A DNA stretch of 64,000 nucleotides, taken from positions 1,922,001 to 1,986,000 of the forward strand of contig CM102288.1 in assembly GCA_046563655.1 (NCBI GenBank). The letters run 5' to 3'. The translations under genes and the position numbers were made by a program. Shown here in pieces: positions 1 to 10,908 of the stretch. How positions within the stretch are numbered: the first letter of the stretch is position 1; every line of letters starts with the position of its first letter. Below the pieces are notes generated by a model, which was not told where the DNA came from, made no database searches, and saw only the letters and a program-made list of their open reading frames with translations. This DNA is from Yuukianura sp. NJ FZ-2021. Its lineage: Eukaryota.

Positions 1-2
1 TC

Positions 3-380
3 CCATTGGACCAATTGTCAACTAACAAGCGACTAATTGCGCATGGATACACAGTCATGTCAGCAATTACAAGTTTAGTAGAGAATTTGGATGACACGGA
101 AGTTCTCGCGGAAATGTTAGTCAATGTTGGTCGGAGTCATTCTAAACGAAATCTGAAAAGTGGCGACTTTCAAGTAATCAATTCAAAAAGAAAATGCGGC
201 AAAAATTAAAATTTACTTTACTTTGCTTCTGTTTAGAACTTGGGCGTATCGCTGCTTGAATTCTTTGCTAAAGCTCTTGGAGACAAATGGACACCAGAAG
301 CAGAAGCAGCTTGGAAAAAAGTTTTGACGGTCCTTGTTGAGAAAGTATCCGAAGGACTTGTCGCGGGAGCCACTGAGTAA
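3..380 (+). CDS. Globin, 3' part (exons <3-173 and 237-380); 5' end lies outside the window
   Basis: E-helix RLIAHGYTVM (distal His) and F-helix VGRSH (proximal His). GT-AG intron at 174-236. Exon 2 reads NLGVSLLEFFAKALGDKWTPEAEAAWKKVL (globin G/H helices), with TAA at 378-380. Confidence 0.85.
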
Positions 381-570
381 TGAAGCAATTAGCCAATCAC
401 AGTCCAGAACGTCCAAGGTTCATACTGCCGAAATCGTCACAGAATCGTTGCAGCAACCTTTGTGTTTAGTCTTTACTGAAATATTAATTGGTCAAAATCT
501 GTTAAAAATTTTACTCTTTAGCTTGACCTATGTGTTTAATTAAGACCTACCTTAAAACGAAAGTTGTCCA

Positions 571-2592
571 TTACGTGGGAATGGCTGTTTGATTAGTGTC
601 ATCCGTTTCTGAAGTGTCGTGTCGCAGTTGATGATAAGATGTCCACACTCCGTCGCCCGAAAAATGAAACTCTTTTTCTAAATTGTACAAAACGAGATGC
701 AAAAAGTTCGGATGATTTTTGATTTCTGCGGTATTTTCAGTCAGGACTTCTTGCACAGCTTCCTTGACGTTGTCCAGAGGATACAACATAATTGGAATTG
801 CTATGCTCAGCTGATTTCGAGTAAACGATTTTTGCAGAAACTGGAGCACTTCCTTGGCATAAACTGTAGGAATATGAAGCCAATGTGGATGAACCGACAG
901 GGCTTCTCTGACTTCAGCCTTGGGAAGATCCAAACTTTTAGCTATGAGATGGACAAGGTCACCCCCTTTGTTTCTCAGGTCACCTTTCTTGACATAATTA
1001 GAAAACTTCTCTTGATCCAATGATAATACGTGAAGCGATACTCCAGTGACGTCCAGGGCAGAGAAGTAGTCTAAACGTTCTTTCACTTTTTGAAAGTAGT
1101 ACAAAATGCGGCAAAATCTGGGATGAGATTTGAGAGACAAGAGGGCTGGCGTTTCGTCGACGATTTTGAGCCGTGCAGCGACTGTTTCGGCTGATAGGGT
1201 AAAAATTTCTGGACATTTTGCTAAAGCTTCGTCCGTTATTCCATGCTCTTTAAACATTTGTTTCATGCGACACAGCGTGTCGGCTTTGACTAGCATGATC
1301 TTTGGTCTACGAATTCCAAGCTGCTGGATTGGAATTCCGCCGAGAGTTTGCACGGTGTTGAGAATCGCTTTGAAGTTTTCTGGATCTCCTTGCAGTAGAG
1401 TGCCGTTTCTCATAATCTGGAAAAACGAAACTCAAATTGAAAAAATACAAATGGAAATGTTAGTTGAGTTTGACCTTTTGCGGCGTGAAGTTGAGATCGG
1501 TACGAAGGATTTTGATACTCGCAGTGATCCACTCGTAACATCGATGCTTGATTCGAGGGTTTTGGGAAATCAGTCTTCTGCACTCTTTCACCTCTGTTCC
1601 TAACTTGGACGCGAGGAAGTGTTCCAGGATTAGTATTCGGAGGGACATCAGGCTCAACTAAAAAAAACAATCAAAGAATGCTGGATGCTAGCAATATTCT
1701 AATTACTAATGTCATGTACTTGTACCTCATTGGGATCCTGTGGAAGAGCTGATAGAATGTTGGATCGAATTTGACTCGGAAGTTCCAGTAAATTGAAATA
1801 CCGTTCAATGACACCTTCATTTTCTGGAATAAGTCCAGATTTCCGTATAACTCCTAAGCTTTTGCGTGAAATTGATGGGTAACTGGATTTTCAAAATAAG
1901 TGAATCCCATTTATACTCAACTTGCAGTGTCTTGTGTACTTCAGGTTAGTTGACAATCAATTGATTCCTTACGTGGCGAGCAAGAATGGACGAATTGACG
2001 TAAATCCAGTTTCCTTCATGATCCGGATGTAGTTTTCGAGGGCACCCGAACGCAGTGTTAATAAATCCGGGCATTCTTGTAATGCGCCTATTGGAAACCC
2101 GTATTTCTGTTTAAAACGAAAATCAATTAGTAATTGAATTAGGATTTTGCGAGAAAGTTAGAAGAAATGGAAACTTACGACGAGAACATCCCTTGTTCTT
2201 GCCATTTGTGCCTCATTGAGATTTGCTATGGCAGACTTTTTCAGCAGGACGCGATTGACTGATGCTTCTGGGAAATCTGTAAATTAATCAGCAAAGTTTC
2301 GTTTAGACGGTTGTCGTTAAGAAATACACCGATAATTGTTCGTAAAAGACATACCAAATGTCTTTTCCATGCTTTCTTTCCATGTCTTGGTCTTAACGTT
2401 GGCGTTAGAGTGATATGCGGATCCTGTCGTAGTTGATTTATTGGGTGCTGTTGAATTTAGAGAATTAGTGTCCAAAATTTGATCTTGACCTCTGACCCCG
2501 ACTTCATAAACTCGTAGTACTTCACAATGTGCAAGTCCTCTGTAATCAATCATGGCACGTATCGCCTTTCTCAAAGACTTCCTCAGAATCAT
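571..2592 (-). CDS. MTERF-family mitochondrial transcription termination factor-like protein, multi-exon
   Basis: ATG at 2592 starts a basic, presequence-like N-terminus (MILRKSLRKAIRAM). Several short exons precede a long terminal exon with mTERF-like repeats (LAKCPEIFTLSAETVAARL, IRRPKIML). Exon borders are approximate. Confidence 0.6.
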
Positions 2593-3079
2593 CACTTCAT
2601 TAAAACAAAATACGTTAATTAACTAATCAATTAAAATGGTTCCGTTTCGGTAGTAAAAATAAGAAAGAAATTTGTCTTACCAATTTAATATTGTGGGATT
2701 TGAACTTTTCCCGCGTCAAAATCAAAACATTTCAAACTCATAGAAAAAGTAAACCTCAATATTATGGTCATAATGCATTATAGTTAATTAAAGTTAATTA
2801 ATTAACAATTAATTAGTTGCGTAGGAATTTCAATAACTTGGATTTAATATATTTAAATTAATTTTCCCCTGTGTTAATCTTATTACTTTTGCCCAGCCCT
2901 GATGTGGAGAACGGGAGCTGTGGAGTAGCTTTTAGTACGGCCAAATTGTTGACATTGTAAAATAAAAGTTTAGTCACATTTTCTAATTAAAAATTGCAAA
3001 CTTTTCTGATAAAGTTAATTAATTTTTCGTTTCTGATTGACTAATTTACACTTAGAACAAGTAATTAGCGTAGAGCTCC

Positions 3080-3481
3080 ATGGCCGGAAGTCGTCTTGAA
3101 CGAATTGGGACCATTTTTTCAAGGTAACATTTAGTTAAACATTTAAAACCCACAGTTAAGTAAAATGAAGTGTAGACTGAACAAAAACGATGGTTGCTTC
3201 ATTTCAGGGCTACTGGACTTCTCCGGAGCGAAGTCGTCAGGTACGACGATCGACCAATTTGGTATGACGTGTACAGAGTGTTTCCACCAACGTTAGAGCC
3301 GATGTTCGCTCGGGAGCCAGTTCTGCCACCAGGAGTTCCTCAACAAATCCCAGAGATCTTTTACGAAGAAGACAAGGAAAGGGCGTTGGCATCTTCCTCA
3401 AAACCTACGACTACCACGAAACATCTTACGAAAGAAGATATACTACGATTCCAGCAGCCGAAGCAACTCGAGACCAAGTAA
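3080..3481 (+). CDS. mRpS23: Mitochondrial ribosomal protein S23 (exons 3080-3123, 3208-3481)
   Basis: The spliced product MAGSRLERIGTIFSR/ATGLLRS...RPIWYDVYRVFPP...IPEIFYEED matches the MRPS23 signature. Confidence 0.9.
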
Positions 3482-3769
3482 AGAAGTACATTAATCTAAA
3501 TTATCACGAATGTGAAGATTTTAGAGCATCAGATTTTTTAGTGGTAGAAGTAGAATTTAAATAGAAGTAGATCTGGAGATGAAGTCAACTGAGTACTTGT
3601 AAAGGGGTGTACGACCCCATTTTACTTGTCATTTAAATGACTAAATCGTACAAGCCGACAGCGAATTTAAGTTAATCTAAACATTAGGAGTACTGTACTG
3701 TGTTTAATGCGCGTAAACGAGAAACCGGAATAATAGAAACTCTGCTGGGATTTCTTTCCTCTGGACAAT

Positions 3770-6199
3770 TCAACTTCCAAGTTGGTTTTCTTTTTCTGGA
3801 AGAGAAATGTCGTAGTCGTCAAAGTCGTTGAGTCTGCTCGGCAGTTCCGGTGGGGGGAAGGACTTTGTGAGGACGTAAACTGCTGCTTCGTAAGTAGACA
3901 TCATGATGGCCGTATTCGGGATTTGCCTTATAAGCTAAACATTCAAAACATTTTAAATATAGTCCACAAATCCAATTTCATTTTGATGTCAGCGTGTAAA
4001 TTTTTGTCTTACTTGAGTTGCAAGGCCGCGATACAGTCCTCGGTATCCCTCTTCCTTTCCGACGAGGCAAAGAGTCTGAATGAGGTGTCTGTACTTGTGA
4101 CCTTCTTCACGCAGCCTTGTCCTCGCGACTTCTGCAAATTGACACAAGAATTTAATTAACAATTGACCATGATGTTTGCTTTTGCTTCTCAACACTTGAG
4201 GCTTCACTTACCATGAGGATAGGCAACGCAAGATGCAATCGTTTTTGAAAAGGCCCCAGCAGCCATAAATTGTAAAAAGTCTTTCGAAGTTTTCTCTTGT
4301 GTGAGAGGGTCGTTGTCATCGAGAGCGTTATTGGCTGCATTCCATTCTTGCAACTTCTTCTTCACGGCTTCGTATATAACAAAATGGACGACAGTCTCTG
4401 AGATACCCATGTACGACGCAGAAATTCCTTTGTAGAAACCTAGGATTCCGCCTTGGGCGTAAATGCGACGAATAGTCTCTTTCGTTCCGACGGCTCCACC
4501 CTCCAATTGAAGTCGTGTCTTCACGAACCAAATTGGATTGGTCGCTGTGCTAGCCACGAATCCTGGAAAAAATCAAACAAAACATGAGCCACATGCGCCA
4601 AAATGAGATACATGAGCCAAAATGAGCTAAATGAGCAATATCAGCAGCTCATTCCTGTCTCATGATCTGTTTTTAGTCCATTTCAGTACTGCTAACCTGC
4701 TGTGCCGGCTGAGCAAATGTGAACGACTGGGGAGTCGGGAGGTAACATTTCATTAAATTGTCGCTTGGCCGTGGAATAAGCGGAGAAGTAAATTGCTCTC
4801 GACGGTGCGACTCCGACCAAATTCATGCCAAGTCCAGAGAACAAGGCCCTTGGCCCCTCCTTCTCAATGATCGTCCTGAAACCAAAACAAAATTGCATGT
4901 TAAGCTATTTTTGTCCAGAAGTCAACCCCCGCATCTTCTGTAACTGTAAATAGCCATAGTAGGAGTGTATAAATAGAAAAGTTCGACGAATCCTCTCTTG
5001 GGTCACTTCAGAATCAATGGATAACAAAAATTGTGGAAAATTTCCAAGTTGGTTAAGTCCACTAAAAGTTAGTTCAAATAAGCAGAAATTTCTGGTTTAG
5101 GAAGTTTTTTAAAAACAAGTTGTTTGTCATGTTTCAAGTAAAACTGAATGATAACCTCGCGCACCTACTTTTTCCATCGAAATCTGGAATTAATCAGAAA
5201 AGTGTCTCTTCATGCACAAGTTATGAACAGAACAGCATCTCTGTTTTTCAGCCTCATGACTCAAGTTACACGAAGATGAATGATTACAAGACATGAAATT
5301 AACGGAAGCAAACTGGAAAATTATGAAAAATATCCAGTAAAATCCAGAATTACAGTTGCAAAACTTATCTCTTAAGCGAGGCAAACTCATAATCTAAATT
5401 GCTCTAGTTTAATTTTCTTATTTTCTCCTCCTGGACAAATCATGGTTTCACACGAATACGAAACGACATTTTTCTTTTCAGTAATAAAACGCGTGGACGT
5501 TTTCAGACTAAAAAATGAATCATTGAATTTGATTAAGCCAATTTTGCTTTATGAGAACCAAATTAGCATAATGGGATCCATATCCATTTGATCTTGGAAA
5601 AACTATGACGAAAAACGTAAATTTTAATGGAACGAAGAAATGAGTGACTATAACCATTCCACTGCACCGACCACTACGAAACCAGATGACCTTGAAATGT
5701 AGCCAAGAATAAAAGGAAGCCAGGGTTGTTGCTGTTATGTTTTCGGAAATTGAATTTTTCAATGTAAAACTCACCGAAGACATTGGATGAGCCCGATTTT
5801 ATTTGCTGAAGGTTGTTGAATCATTGGATTCCCATGATGAGGAACTGCCAGTATTTGTGCTGACCTGCCACAAGAGGCGCATGTAGAAAAAGGACGACTA
5901 GATGGCGGATTCTTTCCGGAGGTATAAAGTTTAGAGGACGTCGAAGGTGACGATGACAAAGGTGCGCCTTTGCCAAAAGCTGGATTGGATGACTGGAGTC
6001 GTGTTTTGACAACTTCCAGGGGACATGTCAATACTGCTCCGTTCGTTCCAGCGATTCTAATGAACACAAAAGAAAACATCATTGATTTACCCAAATAGTC
6101 AACAAAGAGACTAGAATTGATTAATGAGTTGAATTATTTAGGTGTGCTAGGTAGTTACCCTCCAGCAACAAGATGAATGATAGTGTCCCGTTGAGACAT
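3770..6199 (-). CDS. SLC25A36: Mitochondrial pyrimidine nucleotide carrier (SLC25A33/SLC25A36, Rim2), multi-exon
   Basis: Starts [14 protein letters not shown]. Three carrier motifs: [22 protein letters not shown] and [11 protein letters not shown]. Also [10 protein letters not shown] and [13 protein letters not shown] at 3770-3772. Confidence 0.9.
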
Positions 6200-7091
6200 T
6201 TTAGTTTCTGGACTTTAAAAATACTTTCCAGGCTATGAGCCAATGACGGTAACAACGTTAGCGAAAATGGAAACGAAAATTTCCAAAGAAATTCGCAATT
6301 CTGTATCCAACAGGGGGTGACTTGAAGTGCCTGATGAAAATTCCTTGAGATCTTGCTCTATGCAGTCCAGTAATCGGGAACAAAAAAAAAACGGAGAATT
6401 TGCACGTAGGCAAGGAAAAAGTCTCGAATGTCTCTTATTGCGTAGTCGATCTCTTGAAGTGTTGTGTAAAATTTACAATCTGTGCCAAATGTTAGGATTG
6501 GCTAACGGCATGCTCCGAGCAAATTCTTTTTCATGTGACCTTCCAGTTGTCCAGCGTACTGACCTTCCTGGTACCGACAATGACGACAATATTTCCTGGA
6601 TATGTTGCACTAACTTTGTTTTAGTTAATTCCTAGGCCGTATTTGAAGGTTGAGTAGATTAGACAACGGTCCGTTAGAATAGAACCCAAGAATGTTAATG
6701 TTGGAAAGTTTACACGTTCACCGTGAACGGTTTACGTCGTATCCACGTTGGTAAATAATATTGCAAATTTACGCGAGTGCTAATTTGGGAGCAAAGTCCA
6801 CAAATTTCGTTCACGTTTCGCGAAGGTGATTGACGGCTGGTGTATTTTTAATTGTTGTGCACTTCGGCTACTTACGTAAATTGTTAATTTAATGGTAATG
6901 TAATCCAGTCTGTGAGTGTGAATACTACAAGGAGTTGGTCACAAAAATAAGCCTAAGCATTTAGTTTCTGTTATTGAAGTCGGTTGGCCATGGGCTAGGT
7001 AATGTAAGCTCCGGTTTCTCTACACAATTATCTTAATCTTGGTATTGAAGTTAAGTGGAGAAGATGTAAATAAGCAATTAACTTAACATTC

Positions 7092-7473
7092 TGTAACGCC
7101 CTCCGACGCTAGAACAACTGAAAACAATCCTCACCAGACTCTCTCCGAGCCCACAGGCTCCCAGACCCAAATAACCTCCAGAAATCACCACTGCAAAACC
7201 ATCGACGAATAATAAATATAGGTATATATTTATTGAGTCGATGAATAATATACACTGAAACAACTGCTAAATACTGATCATAACTACTGATCGCTCCAAC
7301 TCACTCAATAGCCAATCCAAGACTAAACTCTATCTACACAAATCTCCTCTCTCTCCTCAACCACACCGCCTCTCAAATCTCCCGCAACTCATCTCTGCTA
7401 AATCTCAATAGCAAAATAATATATACAATAACCTAAACAATAACTGAATAACCTAATGCGCAGACGCCCAACA
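7092..7473 (-). repeat. 3' LTR (382 bp)
   Basis: Minus strand reads TGTTGGGCGTCTG...GGGCGTTACA. No differences from 13014-13395 seen by eye. Confidence 0.95.
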
Positions 7474-7484
7474 CATTCCCCTCC
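7474..7484 (-). promoter_or_regulatory. Polypurine tract (PPT)
   Basis: GGAGGGGAA followed by TG, immediately 5' of the 3' LTR on the minus strand. Confidence 0.85.
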
Positions 7485-7525
7485 AGATGGTGGGTGTCGA
7501 GCCTGACGACCCTGGCCGACATCCA

Positions 7526-9400
7526 TCAGCGACGAACTCGGAAGGCGGCTGCAGCATCCGCACCTCTCTGCTCCCTGCGCTCACGGCGACGAACTTGACG
7601 CTCATCATAGTCTCCACGACGAGCGATGTTGATCCTTGCATTGTCTTTCTTCCTCCTCCACTGGTACCTGGCGATGGCCTCAGCACGAGTATATCCATGA
7701 CGACGATACCAACACTGAACCCACGAATGACGAGACGAACCGCAATGTCCACAACGGTCTGGATTTGGTACATGTCTGGGCTGTGGAATGTCAACTTCAA
7801 CGACTACCCTCCCAGGCACTGCTACAACTTCCGGTACTTCCTCCAACTGGTCCAAATCCTCCTGTGGTACGGAAACCTCGAGCACGTCATCCTCAGTATC
7901 TTCATCGTCAGTCTCTTCTACTATGTCACACTCCACATCCGTCATGTCACTATCTGCCTCTGCATCATCCACTGGTTTGTCCTCTTCCATGGGCTCATCG
8001 GAGACGTCTGACAAAATCGAAGTATCCGAAATGACGGATAACTTATCGTCTTCCTCCACTGGCACACTTTCACTAATATTTACACTGGAACTTGCAGTAG
8101 GCACAACGGTATTTTGAACCTGGCTCTGCACTGTAGGGACAATCATAGGGACATCCCAATCATCGTAGTCCACTGGCACTAAAGTAGCACTTGAACTGAC
8201 GGAAGCCGATGAATCGACTCCCATTTGACCCACATTTACAGTCTGACTTTCAGCTGTAATTTTTAGTAACTTATAAAGATGATCACTGCTAAGATCCACT
8301 TTTCCAAGGATCTTAGTCAATTCTGATGAATCAACTGGTAACTTCATGGCAATATTGACACATAACTCGTCGATAATCACATCACTTGGTTGACGATCAC
8401 AAGAACGAGCTACTTGTGATCTCCACTCAAAAATCTTCAAAAGTACAGCCGAATTTACACCACCCTGAGCAAACCGCTGAACAAGTTCAAATGACGTAGG
8501 GTGTTGTTTGATTTTATACATCTTTTTACACATCACATTGCACTTGTCCACTGCACTTTTCCACTTATCACTATACTGAACGAATGGGTACTTAACTCTA
8601 AGTACTCTCCACACTCGCAAAAGTAGATGAGTATCGCTTCGAGCGTACTCTAGCATATCCGAATGCATTCTTGTAAGGGGCCGAATACGAAAATCACTCA
8701 ACTGACAATCCTTCGGAACTGACACTTCCGAACCAAGATAAAAATGCACTAATTTGTCGAATCCAATTGGTTGACCACCACAAAACTCTTGATGTACCAC
8801 TTGAACGTCAATCATTCCAACCATGAAAACTTGAAATTGAATCTGTAGAGCAAGTAGATCATTGTCACTTCCATGAAAAACTTTCAGATACTCACTGTCA
8901 TGGAAAAACTCTTTGAGTTGATCACACTGATGCACCAACTCGAAAGTATCGATGAGATAATCACCTCCACAAACTGATATTTGTAAAAGTGAGATATATC
9001 GGTCGATATATCCCTTATCAAAACTCATCTCGATATCCACCGCCATCACATCACATTCACGAAGATGCTTCAGCATTCGTCTAAATCCACGTTCACTGTC
9101 CACTATAACAAAGCCAATGTCCTTACGACGATCCTCGTACCACTTTCCCTTAGCTTCAGTATGTTTAGTCTTCATAAACTCATCTAACTTCCAGGAATCA
9201 ACATCTTCCACAAATGGATGAACACTATGAGGAAACACTGGCACCGAATTACGAAGCCTAGCATGACGAAGATAAACTGGGTCAGATTCCTGTGGTCGCT
9301 CTTTAGCTTGCCCATACTTACGCAGACACAAATTTCTTTTCTGTAGGAAGCTTAGGACCCTCTCCTTAGCACTACTCACTTCAAGAATCGATCCAGGCAT
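7526..9400 (-). CDS. Element ORF in the env position: RRP6/EXOSC10-like DEDDy 3'-5' exonuclease, HRDC, acidic linker, CCHC zinc knuckle and Arg-rich tail (624 aa from the first ATG)
   Basis: ExoI AVDIE, LLQIS...DYLIDT, ExoII KVFHGSDND, QLSDFRIRPL and ExoIII MLEYARSDTHLLL parallel RRP6 (AVDLE, LMQIS, KVFHGADSD, QLADWRIRPL, YARDDTHYLL). HRDC-like IFEWRSQVARSCD...IAMKLP. CGHCGSSRHSWVQC at 7712-7753. No introns. Confidence 0.9.
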   Translation of the reverse strand: MPGSILEVSSAKERVLSFLQKRNLCLRKYGQAKERPQESDPVYLRHARLRNSVPVFPHSVHPFVEDVDSWKLDEFMKTKHTEAKGKWYEDRRKDIGFVIVDSERGFRRMLKHLRECDVMAVDIEMSFDKGYIDRYISLLQISVCGGDYLIDTFELVHQCDQLKEFFHDSEYLKVFHGSDNDLLALQIQFQVFMVGMIDVQVVHQEFCGGQPIGFDKLVHFYLGSEVSVPKDCQLSDFRIRPLTRMHSDMLEYARSDTHLLLRVWRVLRVKYPFVQYSDKWKSAVDKCNVMCKKMYKIKQHPTSFELVQRFAQGGVNSAVLLKIFEWRSQVARSCDRQPSDVIIDELCVNIAMKLPVDSSELTKILGKVDLSSDHLYKLLKITAESQTVNVGQMGVDSSASVSSSATLVPVDYDDWDVPMIVPTVQSQVQNTVVPTASSSVNISESVPVEEDDKLSVISDTSILSDVSDEPMEEDKPVDDAEADSDMTDVECDIVEETDDEDTEDDVLEVSVPQEDLDQLEEVPEVVAVPGRVVVEVDIPQPRHVPNPDRCGHCGSSRHSWVQCWYRRHGYTRAEAIARYQWRRKKDNARINIARRGDYDERQVRRRERREQRGADAAAAFRVRR

Positions 9401-9477
9401 GTTGAGAATGACGGAAGCCAAACACTTATGACTCCCAATTGACACTTCACTAACAAGTATACACTGATGATTGAAGT

Positions 9478-10908
9478 TTAAGTAGTACTCACTTTGTTTG
9501 TTCGATAACCAGCTAAAGTCCGGTAGTTAACACGTTGTATGTTTCTTGTTGTTCGCCTCACCGGTAGAGTGTCTGGGTCTGGCGATTCCTCTGACACGAC
9601 AGACACCAACGGTACTTTGAACTGCGACTTGCGAACTGTATATGGCTTAAGCTCAGACGCGTGACGCTTACCAAAATACGTTCTTTCCGGTAACCTAACC
9701 AATTTGAATGTCACTGGTGTCAAAATTTCCCTAATTTGAAATGGACCAACGAACCGATGTGACAATTTTTGCATAATTCCTTTGGCTTTATCCGACTGAA
9801 CATGACTCTTAGCTAACACAAAATCACCAACTTGAAACGTAGGTTCAATGTGACGCTGATCATAGTACTTTTTACTTGCATCATGAGCTTTTTGGATGTT
9901 TTGACGCACAAAACTAACAATGTCACTTAACTCTTTAGGAATGCTTGCTAAATCCACTGTTTCTGAATTAATTACACTTTGATCACTTTGTAAACTCCTG
10001 TCTATGGGTAATGGTATCTCACGTCCTAAATTCAATAATGAAGGTGTCACTTTAGTTGAACTATGCACTGTAGTTCTGAGCGCTAAAGCGAACTTTTGAA
10101 GGTGTATATCCCAACTTCTATGGTTTGCACCTACATAGGCCTGTAACATTGGTTTCAAATCACGATTAACTCTTTCAACTGAGTTGGCCTGAGCATGATA
10201 TGGACTGATGCACACATGATTGATTTTCCAGTCTTTGGTCATTTTAGCCATTGTTTTAGAGATGAACTGACTTCCATTGTCTGACACTATAGTTTTCACT
10301 GTTCCATATCTGCAGAATATCTCATCCACTAGCACTTTCACTACTTTATTCGCTGTTGCTTTTCGAATTGGAAAAAGTTCTACCCACTTGGAGAGGTCAT
10401 CTTCAACGACGAACAAATATTCATTTCCATTTGAACTACGGGGTAAAGGACCTAAGAAGTCCACATAAATCTTCTCAAAAACTTGGGTAGCAGGCTTTGC
10501 TCCCTGAAGTAACCCGAATGGTTTATGATTAACACTTTTCACTACTTGACAAACTGGGCATGAACGCACATATTCACTAATGTCCTTGTTCATATTATGC
10601 CAGAAAAATCTCTTTTTAATTTTCACTTTTGTTGCTTTGATCCCTAGATGAGCCGCTTCTGGAACATCATGTAGATTTTGCAAAATTTTAGGGATTAAGA
10701 CCTTTGGAACCACTGTCACTAGTAACTCACTTTGTTGAGTTTGAGATACGCTGCGAGCTGCGCCATTTGAGGCTAGGACAACGTTCTCTAGAGAAATGTC
10801 AGAAGCTTGGGGCCCCGTTTCTGCATCTCTCTCTTCTTCGGGATATCCGCAGACTCCCACAGTGGTGCGAAAGCCAAAGTCTTTGACTCTCTTTTTGCAC
10901 CAAACCAA
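9478..10908 (-). CDS. Gypsy-type integrase ORF (no ATG before the zinc finger)
   Basis: HHCC (LHDVPEAAHLG...CPVC), DDE (YVDFLGP, VSDNGSQF, SVERVNR), GPY/F motif FVGPFQI and a basic tail. No YxDD or RNase H motifs. Confidence 0.95.
   Translation of the reverse strand: MVWCKKRVKDFGFRTTVGVCGYPEEERDAETGPQASDISLENVVLASNGAARSVSQTQQSELLVTVVPKVLIPKILQNLHDVPEAAHLGIKATKVKIKKRFFWHNMNKDISEYVRSCPVCQVVKSVNHKPFGLLQGAKPATQVFEKIYVDFLGPLPRSSNGNEYLFVVEDDLSKWVELFPIRKATANKVVKVLVDEIFCRYGTVKTIVSDNGSQFISKTMAKMTKDWKINHVCISPYHAQANSVERVNRDLKPMLQAYVGANHRSWDIHLQKFALALRTTVHSSTKVTPSLLNLGREIPLPIDRSLQSDQSVINSETVDLASIPKELSDIVSFVRQNIQKAHDASKKYYDQRHIEPTFQVGDFVLAKSHVQSDKAKGIMQKLSHRFVGPFQIREILTPVTFKLVRLPERTYFGKRHASELKPYTVRKSQFKVPLVSVVSEESPDPDTLPVRRTTRNIQRVNYRTLAGYRTNKVSTT

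Noticed and set aside
7078..7263. Short ORFs repeated in both LTRs (also 12952-13185)
   Set aside because: They have non-ATG starts and no motifs; the duplication simply reflects LTR identity.
7487..8117. Plus-strand ORFs (174, 132 and 109 aa) inside the element
   Set aside because: They are antisense shadows of the low-complexity linker and have no recognisable motifs.
7526..9400. The host's own RRP6/EXOSC10 gene
   Set aside because: It is intronless in an intron-rich genome, lies wholly between the LTRs, lacks a recognisable PMC2NT domain and is highly diverged.
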